A stretch of DNA of 60,886 nt, filler included, from Phoronis ovalis (taxonomy: Eukaryota): the NCBI GenBank assembly GCA_028565635.1. It is 5 parts of 5 records of this genome, joined end to end, with 100 filler letters (N's around TTAATTAATTAA, not from the genome) between each part and the next. Parts side by side here need not be neighbours in the genome. Positions count along the whole stretch, not along the records: positions 32,735 to 53,276 come from JAOXYB010000016.1; positions 53,377 to 60,886 come from JAOXYB010000017.1; 3 more parts are not named here. One strand, given 5' to 3'. Under the pieces are notes generated by a model. It made no database searches. It saw nothing but the letters and a program-made list of their open reading frames with translations, and was not told where the DNA came from. Shown here one piece after another: positions 48,506 through 60,886 of the stretch; within the stretch, counting starts at the first letter, position 1, and the number at the start of each line of letters is the position of its first letter. A program made the translations under genes and the position numbers.

Positions 48506-51500
48506 GTAAGCCCCCGCCCTGGGCCATTGCCTTCGATTTTTCAACGATGCAACAGGTTTCTATTGTTGACACTTATTTTACAAAACTGGTATAGCTTCGA
48601 TATCTTTGATTATTATTTGCACTTAGTTATACTGAAATTGCTTTTGACAATATTGTTATTTTATTTAAGCTTATTTTTATATTCGAATTCTGAAAACATG
48701 TGTTGTGTTGTGATTTTTTTAGTTTGAACTTGGTTTGAAACTTTGGCTAAACACGACACAATTAAAACTGTAAAGTAATATCCTACTCGTTTTAGCAGCT
48801 TATACAAACGCTATTCACAGAGACTTTGTGCTCTTAATTAATATTGACACGTATTGGCCTAATCCTATTTATGGTACTAACAGCACGCTCCTTCACAAGT
48901 GAATCCGGGAAAATAAGCAATCCTTTTTCATAGTTAATTATCTTTTCACCTTGAAAATACATAGTAATGCTGACATGATTTTTATCATACATGAGAGTTT
49001 CTTAGTAGCTACGAAAAACAGTATGTTTTGTCTAGGAAATTGTAAGAGGTGTCCGTGTAAGTCATGTTAGCAGCTAGTAGCCTCAAAGCAGTAATGACTC
49101 GCCAAACAAATCCACAAAGCGAATATATAAAGACTTATCAGGATGTATTGTTTTACATGATTTGTCTCATAGAGTACCTGGCAGAAGGTACATTATGTTT
49201 GTTTATAAGTTTTATAAGTATAGCTTCCTAAATGACTTACATGGAATGTTTTATTGTATACTATTTTATATAGACTATAGCCTACTTTGTGATTTAACTA
49301 TGAAACTGATTATTGCCAAGATGTGGCTAACACTACTTGTTATGCGTGTCACATCAGATACAGCATAACATTGTGTTCATTGTGTTTTTATGCTAATAGG
49401 CTGATATCAGAATGTGAAGTTTAAATATATCTAGTCCACTGTTATAGCCTGATTGTAAAAAGCATTAGAATTTAAACTGAAGTTTATCCAACTCTAACCA
49501 CTTTTGCCAACTTGAACAAACAATAATATAAAAGGAATTTATACCTAAACAAATACAATAATATTCATAAATTTTGTGAATGTTCTGGAACTGGATGTGT
49601 CCAAGTACTCAACAGATTCCATTATAATTAACTAACTAACTGTATGTTCTTATATGAATTGTGGTTGGAAGTAGGATTCTCATACACTAGTTAGGTGAAG
49701 TATTAGAAGTAAATGCCTAGCCGACCTCGATATTGGTACTGAGGTACCATGGTGCATGTTGTCTTCAGTGGTCCTTATACAGCCCTTAAGGATGTAATGT
49801 AGAGCATTATTGCATAAAGTCGCACTCTATTAACGAGGAAGTTTTACAACTTTGCTTAAAATAGATTAATTTTTACTTCCTTTAGGACCACAATTCAGGA
49901 TGTTTCATGACATGTGCATAACAGTTTAGAACTGCAAAACATATTAAGTGATAAGAGGGCCAGAAAGGAGGTTTCAATTACAATTTATAGATTTTTATTT
50001 CTGCAATCGTAGGTTAGAGAAAAGCCATTGAACTGATCTCAGACTCGCAAATCACTATGAATTGTTGAGGTTTTTGATCACAGTCAGATTTTTGGACTCA
50101 CAAATCAAGCGTGTCATATAGACTCAAATCCCTTTCCCGATTCTTTCTAAGGGGATAACTAAACAATTAGGGATCAGATGAACATTTATTTATGGCTGCA
50201 AGTGTTACTGCACACAGCCTGCAGGATCCTTTCCATGAAATGTCTAACGAAACTGCAACCTAAGTTAATATTTTTTTTTTGAAAAACATTCATTTAATCT
50301 CTATCTACAAAAAATTTAAGAGAAATCATCCTGCTTGCTGTTTGATAACTGAATTTTAAAATGGACTCTTTAGGAAGAAAGATAAAGCTCCCTATTTAAT
50401 CTAGCAGTTTATATGTAAAAAAAACAATACAGAGTACGTAGTTGTTTTTAACTTAATGTGTTTACAATGTCTTCACTAAAACAAGTAAATACTTCCTTTT
50501 ACAGAAACTGTTTTGTTTGCTTTCGCCTCTTTTATTTTCGACAACTTTTTTATCTCTATTAGTAGATATTATTGGAAATCAGGTTTTAATTTCGTTATTT
50601 ACACATCTCTCATAAGTTCAGGAATGAAAGCAAAGAAAGTATTAGAATTATTAGAGTTATTGCTTTATAGTACTTAACAATCAAAACCTATCTGCTTGGG
50701 AATTTGCACTCCTCCTGTAGATAATAAAGTCTAGTAAAAGTACTGCTCCTTAAATAGTTTGTCAGTCCAATCATTGAAAAGAAAGGCACAGATGCATAAA
50801 AGGTGAATCTTGTTTTCAATTAATGCGTCTAGGTATGTAGTAATTAAAACTAATGATAGGGGTAACATACTCTATGCATGTCTTGATACCGGATTCCACC
50901 TAATTAAGTGATATGCCAGTTTCAGACTGCTAAATCAATTTAATTATCATTCATTCCAGTACCTCTATTCAAGTATGGAATAATGATGATATATATTTTA
51001 CTACTTGTAATGTTCTACAAACAATAAGTTTTAGTTCCTAGCTGACTCTTGTTTAAATTGACTCATCATTCATATCCTGTCAGTGAGGGTAATCTTGAAC
51101 TGTGTTATTCGTCTCAGTTTTTATATATCAGTATACTGGTATTGGGCAGATAAGAATATTGTTTCTGCTGGGTACGTTGTTCGGTAACCTGTGTTGGTGA
51201 GTAAAAAAAAATATCATCAAAAAAAGGGCAAGCACTTGGTGCCTTATCATGTCTGTATCTGCGGTAGCTACATTTTGAAACAAATGTTGGGAATAGACTG
51301 TGGAGATCGATTGATATGACTGTCATGGCTGAGATATATGGAATTGAGGAACACATCAAATAAATTTATTTTTGCCAATGTTATTGCTTGTAATAAATAT
51401 CTTTTAATTTTCCTGCTTGGAAAGATAATAAATTAATTATTAATATAGCTAAACACGAAGCGTATTCAGTGGCTGTCAACAATATTTTCTTCTTTCACAT

Positions 51501-51650
51501 ACAGCTAAAGGCAAATTAGAGTGTGAAAGTGTCTCAGCTGATGCTGGAACAGTGATATACATATAGGACTTATTTATAAATATTGTTTATTAGTCATTGA
51601 TTTTAATATTTGCAGATGTCCAAGTAGATTTCATCTTATTTTACATCATT

Positions 51651-51992
51651 CAGGCCTGCCTTAATAGTGTGGACTCCTGCCATCAATCCTCATTCGCAGA
51701 TCTGTTTCTGTCATGAGAAAACTATTCCTCATCCTCGAACCATCATTGCTGTGTACTCACATAAGTTGCCAGGAGCGCAAACAGATTTCCAGACTCGCAC
51801 CTTTATACACTTGTCTAGAAACTGTTCGAGTGTCCAGAAATCTACTTGTGTTGCGTGCAAATTATGCAAGTATGAGAAAATGATGGTTGGAGTAGGAGGA
51901 ATTTCAGTAAGAAAACCAGAAAAAGGTTTTCGTATGAGAGCAAACAGACACACCAACGAGGCATGACGATTCGAGTCCACGCTTGAGGCTTG
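51651..51992. mobile_element. MITE family A, copy 2 (diverged)
   Basis: caggcctgcctt..agtgtggactc ... gagtccacgcttgaggcttg inverted ends; core shared with 23521-23793. Confidence 0.7.
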
Positions 51993-52165
51993 TGATTGTA
52001 TTTTCAGCTGCAATATTTGAAATCATTCCTTTACCTAGGTAATCTTGTAGAGTTTCGGTACCTCTCTTTTCATATCAGTTATTTATTTAAATTTGTTCAG
52101 ATTGTGTTTACATTATACAGTTTACCATAAGTTTCACAAGTGCTTATCAAGTATTAGTTTTTATT

Positions 52166-52276
52166 ACACAACACTTCCGAGAAGTTGGCCAAGGACCGTG
52201 ATAGGTGGCGTATTTCTGTTGTAGCCTTATGTCCCATAGGGGATGAAGAGAACTAAGTAAGCAACACAACACTTCC
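52166..52276 (+). mobile_element. Severely 5'-truncated RTE-type LINE 3' end with a 13-bp target-site duplication
   Basis: Insert 52179-52263 encodes EKLAKDRDRWRISVVALCP followed by a TAAG-repeat tail, flanked by ACACAACACTTCC at 52166-52178 and 52264-52276. Confidence 0.85.
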
Positions 52277-53376
52277 TTTGTCTTGAACATAAATTAAAGT
52301 AGTTACTGATCTATAAATCAGATATTCTCTGTACACTTCTAGTACCATACCTGTTAGTTAGTTTTGTCATGTTAATTACTTGTTTTCATAGTGCCATAGG
52401 ACATGGATACACATCAATTTTATGTTAGAATAAAAAAGGTAGTAAACATACTAGTTTTTAATGGTGCAGCTATTTACAAGAACCTAGTTTCAGATGATAA
52501 GACGTCAATATTTTAAAATTAATATATAAACATCAAGGTGACATTTCTGCTATCATAATCTATCAATATTTTGCAATTATTATGTAAACATCAAGTTGGC
52601 ATTTATGTCACAATTCTATGTAGGGCTGTAAATAATTAAGATATGTAATGTGATTGAATGTGTAGTAATTTGCAGTCATTGACAGGGAAGTGTTTGAAAT
52701 GGTACCGCCAATAGCTAGAAGCCATATTACATGTAAAAGTTAAGCTGCAGATGACAAAATATGTCCTTGTGTGTGATTAAAACATTGATCAACAGAGATG
52801 TTTTTATGGAGACTAGGTCAAGTGAAATCTCTGTTTTATGATATTAAAAAAAAAACAGGATAATATGTATTTTAGAACAGTGAAAATATTTATTGTTTGT
52901 AATGTAGTAAAGGATTTAAACTAACCTAGTTTGATAGAAAATTTGTCTTATCAGGGACCATCATCAATGGTTAAAAAAATCCTGTACCAGCACTTGTTGG
53001 GTAGATACTCAAGTTAGATATACTGCCAGCTCAACAAATCTGCTTGAGCAACCAAACTAAGACTATATTTCCACAATACAGTTTGTTGACCCGTGTAAAG
53101 TGTTACAATTTTTATTTCATATTATTAATGAAAATTGGTTAGGGTGGCACTTAAACTGTGGTTTGTTATGCAATTCCAATATGTGATGAAACTGTATCAA
53201 GTACCAAGAACTCGCATTTTATAGTTCTTTCCAAGTATTGATTTTCTATATCACTGCTGTACCACACACCTATATANNNNNNNNNNNNNNNNNNNNNNNN
53301 NNNNNNNNNNNNNNNNNNNNTTAATTAATTAANNNNNNNNNNNNNNNNNNNNNNNNNNNNNNNNNNNNNNNNNNNN

Positions 53377-53552
53377 TCTAATTCGACCATTCGGTTCCAC
53401 TCTTCGCCCCAGCCTGGAAAAGTTACCAATGTTCCCGCGGACAAATCTTTCACTGCTGCCGATACCCACCGACCTAATCCATCTACTGCCTGCACTTTCC
53501 CCCCGACAATGTCACCTAGCTTATGTGCCCTCTCAGGAAGAAACATGGCCAT
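53377..53552 (-). CDS. Partial ORF with a Tudor/MBT/chromo-barrel-like domain, truncated by a gap
   Basis: VGGKVQAVDGLGRWVSAAVKD....LVTFPGWGEEWNR fits the G.KvEA.D..G.W..A.V.....LV.F.GW...WD pattern. Confidence 0.55.
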
Positions 53553-54162
53553 AAGTCAGCCATATTGGAAGTAATCATGGTCAAAATGATAGGCGGCCTG
53601 CACTTTTACTGATGAGTATCTTAATTGCTCTAATATGAACCTGATCCAGTAAACACTGAAGCTGTTATTGCGAGATAAACAAAGTGTTACATTCAACGAC
53701 AATGACGATGACACCGACACCTTCACTACGACTATATGCCCAGCTACTATGTGAATGGGCATAAAAACGTTATAACGTTCATGCATCTCTTTATGATGTG
53801 AACGTACATTCTTTCACACACTTTCAGTTAACTTTTATGCAGACTGAATTCGAGAAAATCGCATTAGTACCAGACCTACCAATTAATAGTATTATTCCAG
53901 CGACAAAGGTCTGAATTCAAATTTTGATTCTTAAAAAGTTGTAATGATTTCAGGAATGTTATTGATTTAATCAGAAAGTACAATATGTTGAGAATATATA
54001 ACACTCCACTGAAATTAAAATGTCGCGCTCCTCAAAAAACAGAAAAAAATATGTGTATTAATATATATATGCCAGTGCCATATTCGTATGTAGTTTTGAT
54101 AAAGCCTTGCGCAATGATGTACTTAATGTTATGTAGTACATGTAGCATGCCTGAAAACTTAC

Positions 54163-56579
54163 CACATGCACAAGCATAACTTCCAGGTGTTGCCCCACCC
54201 ATATACGTCATAGGTCTTCCATATCTGTCTTCAAGATAGCCATATGGAGAGACACTACTCAAGTATAAACCAGAGTGTTGACAAGCTGTAAAAAATTTAC
54301 TCAGGAACATTAAATGTCAAATATAAATACATTTTTGTTAAATCAACATCAATTAGATGACTCATTAAGATCTAAGCAAGATTTCTGACATACAGTATGG
54401 CATAAAATAATGTGACTATATAGGCATTTTTAAGGTTACAGACTCCCTCTGTAATTCTTCTATTGATCATAGATAATACATATTTTATAGCCCAGTTATA
54501 TATACATTCCGACTGAATCACCTATTGCAATATATATTTAGCCAAAATCAAAGTGTAGGAAGAATATCTCTGTTGTAAAGCATGGTATCATAAGCATCTA
54601 GGGTCTTACACAGTCATATTTTATTCTTTGTGTGTATACATAGGCAATTGGTCATTGCACCTAAAAAAATAGCAATTGGTACAATTACAAAACTGAGTCT
54701 TCTTCTGAGGCGTATCGTACTTGCTGCAAAATTCTCATGTTCAATCACTGCTGACAAAAAAAAGTTAAAATTAAGCAAATATTAAAGCAAAAAATTACGA
54801 AAAAGTAAAACATTTTGATTTCAAAAATGAAATGAACTAAGGCTGGATGCAAACTCCTGGGCATCATTCATGGTCTTGAAACAGCAAGCAAGCTAGTACT
54901 TAACCACTGGGCCACTAATCACTGCAATGTAAGCTTTAATATTTGCATCGCAATATTATTAATACAAATGATGAGCTCAAAATGGCATTGGGTGTAACAT
55001 GTTGCCATTTCAAAATTTGGGAATTAATGACAATGGCTTATTGACAAACTTCTTGGCGTGAATAAGGTAAAGGTAGAGGGAAAGCTAATCAAAAGTTTTC
55101 TAGTGGCCTTAGTTAACGTATTATAATAAAGATTGACAAAAATATATGAGCTTTTTTTGCGTTTCATTACAAAATTTTAACTCCCCATCCAGGAGTTCCA
55201 TGTTTGGTAAAATAGCAGTTTCTATTATATAATGACAAATATCTTTGTACAACATTTCAGAAGAATTGCATCGTTAGTTCAAAGTTAAGAACAGATCAAC
55301 ATGTTCCTTTCAATTCATATCACCCTTTATATGGAACACAAGGTGCCATTATTTGGCCACTAATTATATAAGCACTGTGATGTAAATGTTAACATGTTGA
55401 TCACATTTATTACAGATGGTGTATAGTGAGTACAAAATGGTGTCAGGTGTACCGTGTTGCTATGGGAATCTTAATATTGGCTGGCATTTCAAAATTGGGT
55501 ATATTTAAAGAAAAGGCTTGCTGACAAACTCCACATAATGACTGAGTGGGCCACATCGAAGAATAATAAGGCAGCATTTTTATGATTCACAAAACACAGC
55601 ATTAGCACATTATAATACAAATTTGGGATATATTATATTAGGCGATTTTAGCCAAAAAAATATTGCAATGCAACGATAAACCTCACAAATTTTATCTTAG
55701 ATTTAATTGCTTAACACCAAGCCTGTTCTTTTTTGCAAAGTTGAATTGTGTTACTCCTTCTTAATTGAGCCAAGCCTAATTTTAATTTCTAAGGATAATC
55801 ATTGGACCAAATCATAATGCTACAAGAACATTAGGTACCAGTCGTACAAATCAATAGAAATGCAGATCTGAACGGTACTCAAAATGTGTTCGTTTATCAA
55901 TTTCACATCACCCTGTTTTTATCATTTAACAAAATAAATATTTTATGGTTTTTAGTTAGCAGGACTGCTACTTTATTACCCATTTCTATGGATTAAAAGT
56001 AGTCAAACTATCATTCTATATACTAGAGTTGCAAGTTAACTTTGGCAAGTACAACACATAATTTAGTCCAAAACTGAATGTTGCTTTTCTAACGAGGAAG
56101 CGTTCAACCTTATCTCAGGACCTTTATCCATCCTTTCTGAGATCAGACCGAAAGTGTTATCATTGGAAAAGTAAGATTTAGCAGTGGCCTATTTTAGGCT
56201 ACTCGATCCTTAAATCCTTTTAATTTGTTCATGGAAATTGTGGTAAATAATAAATTTATATGAACTTTAGATCTATTCTAATCAGTAAAATGTGAAACAG
56301 TTTTGCAAATTGTTGGTGAATAGTGAAAAATTTAATATTTATTTTTCTTATTTCAGTGAATGGCAAAAAGCGGTGTTAACCCTCTCGTTATATAATGAAA
56401 AATGAAGACTCATAGCTTACCTATACTTACAAACTACCTGCAAGAGATGGAAGCATTGGCCACTTTTGCAATCTGATGTGCAGATATACCGTCGAGCATT
56501 CTCATACACAATCTGACGATGATAGCATTGGTTAGGCTCACAGTTGGTGTTCTGATTAATTTCAGCTTCTGAATCGTGG
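54163..56579 (-). pseudogene. Two exons of a CASPR/Neurexin-IV-type fibrinogen-related domain, probably disrupted
   Basis: Exon 56579-56438: HDSEAEI....EPNQCYHRQIVYE then, after a frame change, LDGISAHQIAKVANASISC. Exon 54285-54163: CQHSGL..SPYGYLEDRYGRPMTYMGGATPGSYACACG, resembling the YWGGA.PGS..CACG motif. Both have AG/GT borders. Confidence 0.6.
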
Positions 56580-56677
56580 CTGTTGTAGAAAGAAATCATT
56601 AATCGAACTATTATAAATTGTAAAAGCTATTTTAATTCTATGCCATGAAAAAAGTACTTTAATTTAAATTGCCAGGC

Positions 56678-56830
56678 ACTCGAGTTCCTGGCAACTTGTG
56701 CGAGTCTACGGAAACAATGGTTCGAGTAGCAGAAATTTCTGTGCGAAACCCATAAAAGGGTTTGAATGATAGGAAACAGGAACACGAGTGTGGTTTGACG
56801 GTTTGAGTCTATGCTGGTTTGATAGGCCTG
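56678..56830. mobile_element. MITE family A, copy 3 (half element)
   Basis: Reverse complement matches 23555-23665 closely; ends gagtctatgctgg..gataggcctg. Confidence 0.75.
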
Positions 56831-56986
56831 TAATTGCACTTTTGAAATACAAGTGTAGATGATATAAAATATGAATTAAATCAGTATCTATTTAGTGTTA
56901 AATAGTTTTGTGAATGAAAACATCTTTGACATATATTTCCTCTGAGCCCTTTATAAATTTGAAAATGTTAATAAAATTTTATGTAA

Positions 56987-59900
56987 CTATTTTAATAAAA
57001 TGTTAAAAACCACAGCCGACACATGCCAACTTCGACCTTTTTTTCCGTACCATTCTTGCTGCGTTTCTCGAAATTTGGATGGTTGAAACTTCATAGCCCA
57101 GTCCATAATAATAAGGATGGAGTCTTCTCCTAGGTTGTCAATAACGTCAGTTTTACCTCTGTTTTGGTTAACAGAACGTAGAAGGTGGCTTTTCCACGAT
57201 ATAATGCTAGAATTTGCTTTCTGAAAATCATCAAAGAGTTCTTCCTTCTGCTCTGCATACCTGAAATATATTAAGTAGCTGCTTAGCAATATAACTTGTA
57301 ATTCTTAGCTTTGGTAGCACTCTTGATTTGTTTATGTTTGCTTCAAAAACGATGTTTAGCTGCAAATGTTTAACAAATCTAACACCCATCATGCCATGTC
57401 TACAGTACTAGTTTTTGTAAGTTTAATTTAGTATGACCTAGACTTCTCCAAGGCCTTCAGTGTAGTCCCCCACCTCAGGTTATTACATAAATTAGAATAA
57501 TATGGCAATGAACAAATACCTACAACTGGATTAAGACCTGGTTAACTACCAGAACTCAAAAAGTTGTTGTTCACGGTGAACAGTCAGGAGAGACCTATGT
57601 GTAATCAGGCATCCCCCAGGGGATGGTGGTTGGACTGCTGATGTTCCTCTTATATATCAATGATATTGGGGATAGCATAACTTCAAACATCAGGTTGTTT
57701 GCAGATGCCTGTTTTCTTTATAGAACCCTAGACTCAATTCAAGACTCACTAAACCTACAAAGGCTTTTGACTGGACTTTAATGCTACCAAGTGCTTTGTA
57801 CTCTCAGAAAATAAACAAGCTCACAATAATGAATAATAAATACTCAGTCAGTGGAACTACACTGAAATCTGTATAACTCACAATCCATATCTAATTGTAG
57901 AGATAACCCATGATCTCTCATGGAATATTCACATCAAGAACATAACAGCCAAGGCTAACAAAATGCTCAGATATATTTGGCACAATTTATCTAAGGTCAA
58001 CCCTACTGTTAAGGAACTGGCATATACATCATAGTAAGACCCCATCTTGAGTATGCCTATTATATGGGACCCCTGAAGATCCAAACTTATCAAACAGGTA
58101 GAGAAAGTAGAGCATAGAGCTGCATGCTTTGTCAGACAAGACTACAGTATATACAGTAGTGTAACAAACATGACCTGAAATGGGACTCACTGTGGACTAG
58201 ACATAGGAAATGTCTGACAACTTTTTACAAGGCAAAACATAGGAAATCGCCCTCCCCTTACCGTCCTATTTAATACCAGTTCAATGTAGCAATAGAGGTC
58301 ACGACCAAACCTATATTGAGGTTCACAGTAGAATGGACGCTTTTAAGTATAGTTATTTTCCTAGAACAGTACAGAACTGGAACTCTACACCAATACACTG
58401 TTTCATCATCATCATCATCATCAGTATTTACAGATAATCTACTTAAAGATCCAAAATTCACTACTGAGTTCTGATATTTATTTATTTTGATTTTTTGGCT
58501 TGTAACTCACATTATGAGCATCTTATGGGTTGGTGATGATCCCTGCGTGTGATGCCCTTGCAAGTTTTACTCAGTATTCATATAGACATAGACCAGCGTA
58601 TGGAAAAATTACGTATTTTTTTATGCATGCAGGCTTCTGCTGGCCATTATCTGCAAGTACATTAACTTAAGTGTATAAGTACATTGTGTGTAAGAATTGT
58701 CTAGTGTCACAGCAATGAGAATAAACCATGTGTGAATTATCTATAAAAATAATTTAGGGCACAAGCTTGTAGAGTACCTGTATGTTAAAACTTCCATATC
58801 AAATACTGCTTCAATCTCATCTATGGTTACTCGTAGGAGTTCGCATGTAGGGCACTGAAGCTGATGACTGTGAGCACAATCCATCTTAAACTCATCTTCT
58901 GTACTCAAAGCATGGACTAGACAGTGATCAGCACATTCAGAATCCAAAGACAGATGACTCTTGAATTCCATCTTGAGATACGCTTTACATTCAGCCAATA
59001 TATTCACTGTTGCATTAACCCATTCTGACGCTGCACCTTAAATGAATGTGACATGTAATTGATGCAGGATTTCTAGTGGCTTTTTTATTGCAAATTTCAA
59101 CTCCAGAAGGTTGCATGAAAATGCTTCCCTTTAAGCCTATTAATTTGAACTATTTTTGCTCCCTGTCCCCATGACTAAAAGTAATTTCCATAAATCAAAC
59201 ATTTTTTATTGCCTCCTTGTAGTTTGTACTCCTACCCCAATATTTATAAAATGTTCATGCCCTTTGCTGTTAGTAGTATTTGCTAAAGAAAGATTCAACT
59301 GCTCTGGCAATGACTGTCACAATAAGAAAGCAAGTATAATTTGTCTATGGGAGCTAAATCAACAGAAGTCATTGGTATGCTTAAAAAAGATTGTGGGACC
59401 CTTTGTCATATGCATATCTTCATTAATACTAGCTAAAACAATTTCATTTGGAATTATATGTTCTCTAGAAAAGATCCCATTCACCAAATAACATTATATA
59501 CAGACTACAATTTAAACATTGGCTTCTATTGATTTGAGTCTAAGCAATTACCTAATTCTCCTAGCTTCTTTACAGTCTCTGTTAAAACCACAAATGCCTG
59601 AGACCCTTCCGTGCTTATGTTGTCTAAACCACACAACGATTTCTGTTGAGAAGCAGCACATAACTAAAAAACAATCATACTTGTTTGTCAGAAATAAACA
59701 TTTTGCACATATTTTATTAACAGATGAAATGTTCAGACATGGAATGAAACAATTTTTAAGTGAGAATACACTGGCAAAATTGCAAATGGACTGAATGCAT
59801 ATCTTTGTTGATTCAGGTACAGTAAAGCAGGTCTTTACTCATATCTGTTCTTTAATAACAGGTTAAATTATAAATCTTTACCTGTAACACAGAGTACAAT

Positions 59901-60886
59901 GTTGATGTGCCTAAAGGCTGAAAGTTTTCTTCGTTACAAAGACCTTCATACATTCTTATAATTCTTGAACGAATTGTAGTTCGAACAACAGCAGGAATCT
60001 GCAACTTTTCCCCTGAGGATAACTTTAAGTTTCTTGTACCAAATGCAACATCTTGAACAAAAGCAGGACTTGCTGCGAAGTCGAGAAAATGGTTCAACTT
60101 ATTGGTGTCCATCTTCTGCCGGTGGATGGGAGCAAACTCTTGTTTCTTTCCAGCACCAAATTCTTTAGAATATTTTCTGGCACTGTCTATTTTATGTTTT
60201 GACAAACCTGGAATAAGCTGCATCAGTTGAACTTTTGTATAATTATTTGCAAATATAGACAGCACTTCTTTTTTTGTCTGATGATGGCTCGCTTCATTAT
60301 AAACAGTTATTAATTGTAACATTTCCTGACTAGGCAGCTCCTCTTTTTGCTCTGGCTGAGACAATAGGGCCTGTTTCAGTTTGCTACCTTGGTTTGGTGC
60401 TAGGACCTCTAGCACAGCATCAATACACTGATTCGCTTTTCTCTTATACCTGTAATTAACAACAGAGTATTTCAGAGACTGTACAAATAGCTTATGCCAG
60501 ACTCAAGTGATATATAATAATACAAGTGTATATCTATCATTGAAGTACATCTGCAGGAAAACTCGACTGTCTATAGTAAGTTTCCCAATGGCATGTCAAG
60601 TTATGTTTTTCTTTTATATATTCTTATGAACATATCTGAATTATTCTAGATTTTCATAGTGACCTTTCTCATCATATTTTTGTATGAAATATACCTGTAT
60701 TTGGTTGTTGGTGGAGATTTATCATATTCTACATTAAGCTGTGTGGTGATTGGAGATCCAGCACGAGTTATTTTCAAAACACTGTTCAATGCAGTAACAG
60801 CTTCTTTCCCTTTGGTAAAAGGGGTTGGCATCCATGACAATGAAGCATCCTCACAACCTCCACTTGACTGGCTGGAAGTTTCTTCA
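56987..60886 (-). mobile_element. Intron-containing DDE transposase gene, Sola3-like; 5' part outside the window, 3' part apparently truncated
   Basis: In-frame exons >60886-60695, 60449-59882, 59663-59552, 59036-58778 and 57260-~57005 give VQDVAFG...LKLSSGE, CAASQQKSLCGLDN, CADHCLVHALS...CAHSH...CPTC, WKSHLLRSVNQ and MDWAMKFQP..FRETQQEWYGKKGRSWH. The superfamily call is from recall of the DWAMK motif. Confidence 0.78.
57430..58440 (+). mobile_element. Decayed CR1-group LINE (RT 3' half) inside a transposase intron
   Basis: LDFSKAFSVVPHLRLLHKL, SGIPQG.V.G.LMFLLYINDI...SNIRLFADAC and DAFKYSYFPRTVQNWNS, with multiple stops and frameshifts. Confidence 0.9.

Noticed and set aside
56341..56400. 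tttcag|tgaatggcaaaaagcgg as a possible Gab exon 2
   Set aside because: Wrong phase for the phase-0 donor at 48505 and lacks the expected W++RWFVL motif.

Overview
AT-rich, intron-containing animal (probably invertebrate bilaterian) scaffold with six 100-nt placeholder gaps. The left half (1-28 kb) looks like a fast-evolving innate-immunity/cell-death neighbourhood. It holds (i) a frameshifted GlnD/DUF294-like nucleotidyltransferase pseudogene; (ii) a ~2,000-aa gene that can be spliced from six minus-strand exons joined only by phase-1 GT-AG introns, giving ankyrin array - TRADD-N-like domain - ankyrin array - caspase with a variant VSCQG active site; and (iii) an IFIT/TTC22-like TPR protein fused to a C-terminal TIR domain, broken by a 5-bp duplication. 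Mixed in are a Polinton/Maverick packaging-ATPase relic, a 1.5-kb alternating purine-pyrimidine satellite, an intact U6 snRNA gene, and a second U6 copy cut at GCGCA by what looks like the end of a U6-targeting (Dada-type) transposon. The right half carries an RTE LINE, the 3' part of an MTA (NuRD) gene, a complete calpain-15/SOL gene head-to-head with exon 1 of a Gab/DOS adaptor, CASPR-like exon fragments, MITEs, and an intron-containing Sola3-like transposase with a decayed CR1-type LINE in one intron. All family assignments come from motif recognition by eye; no database searches were run.
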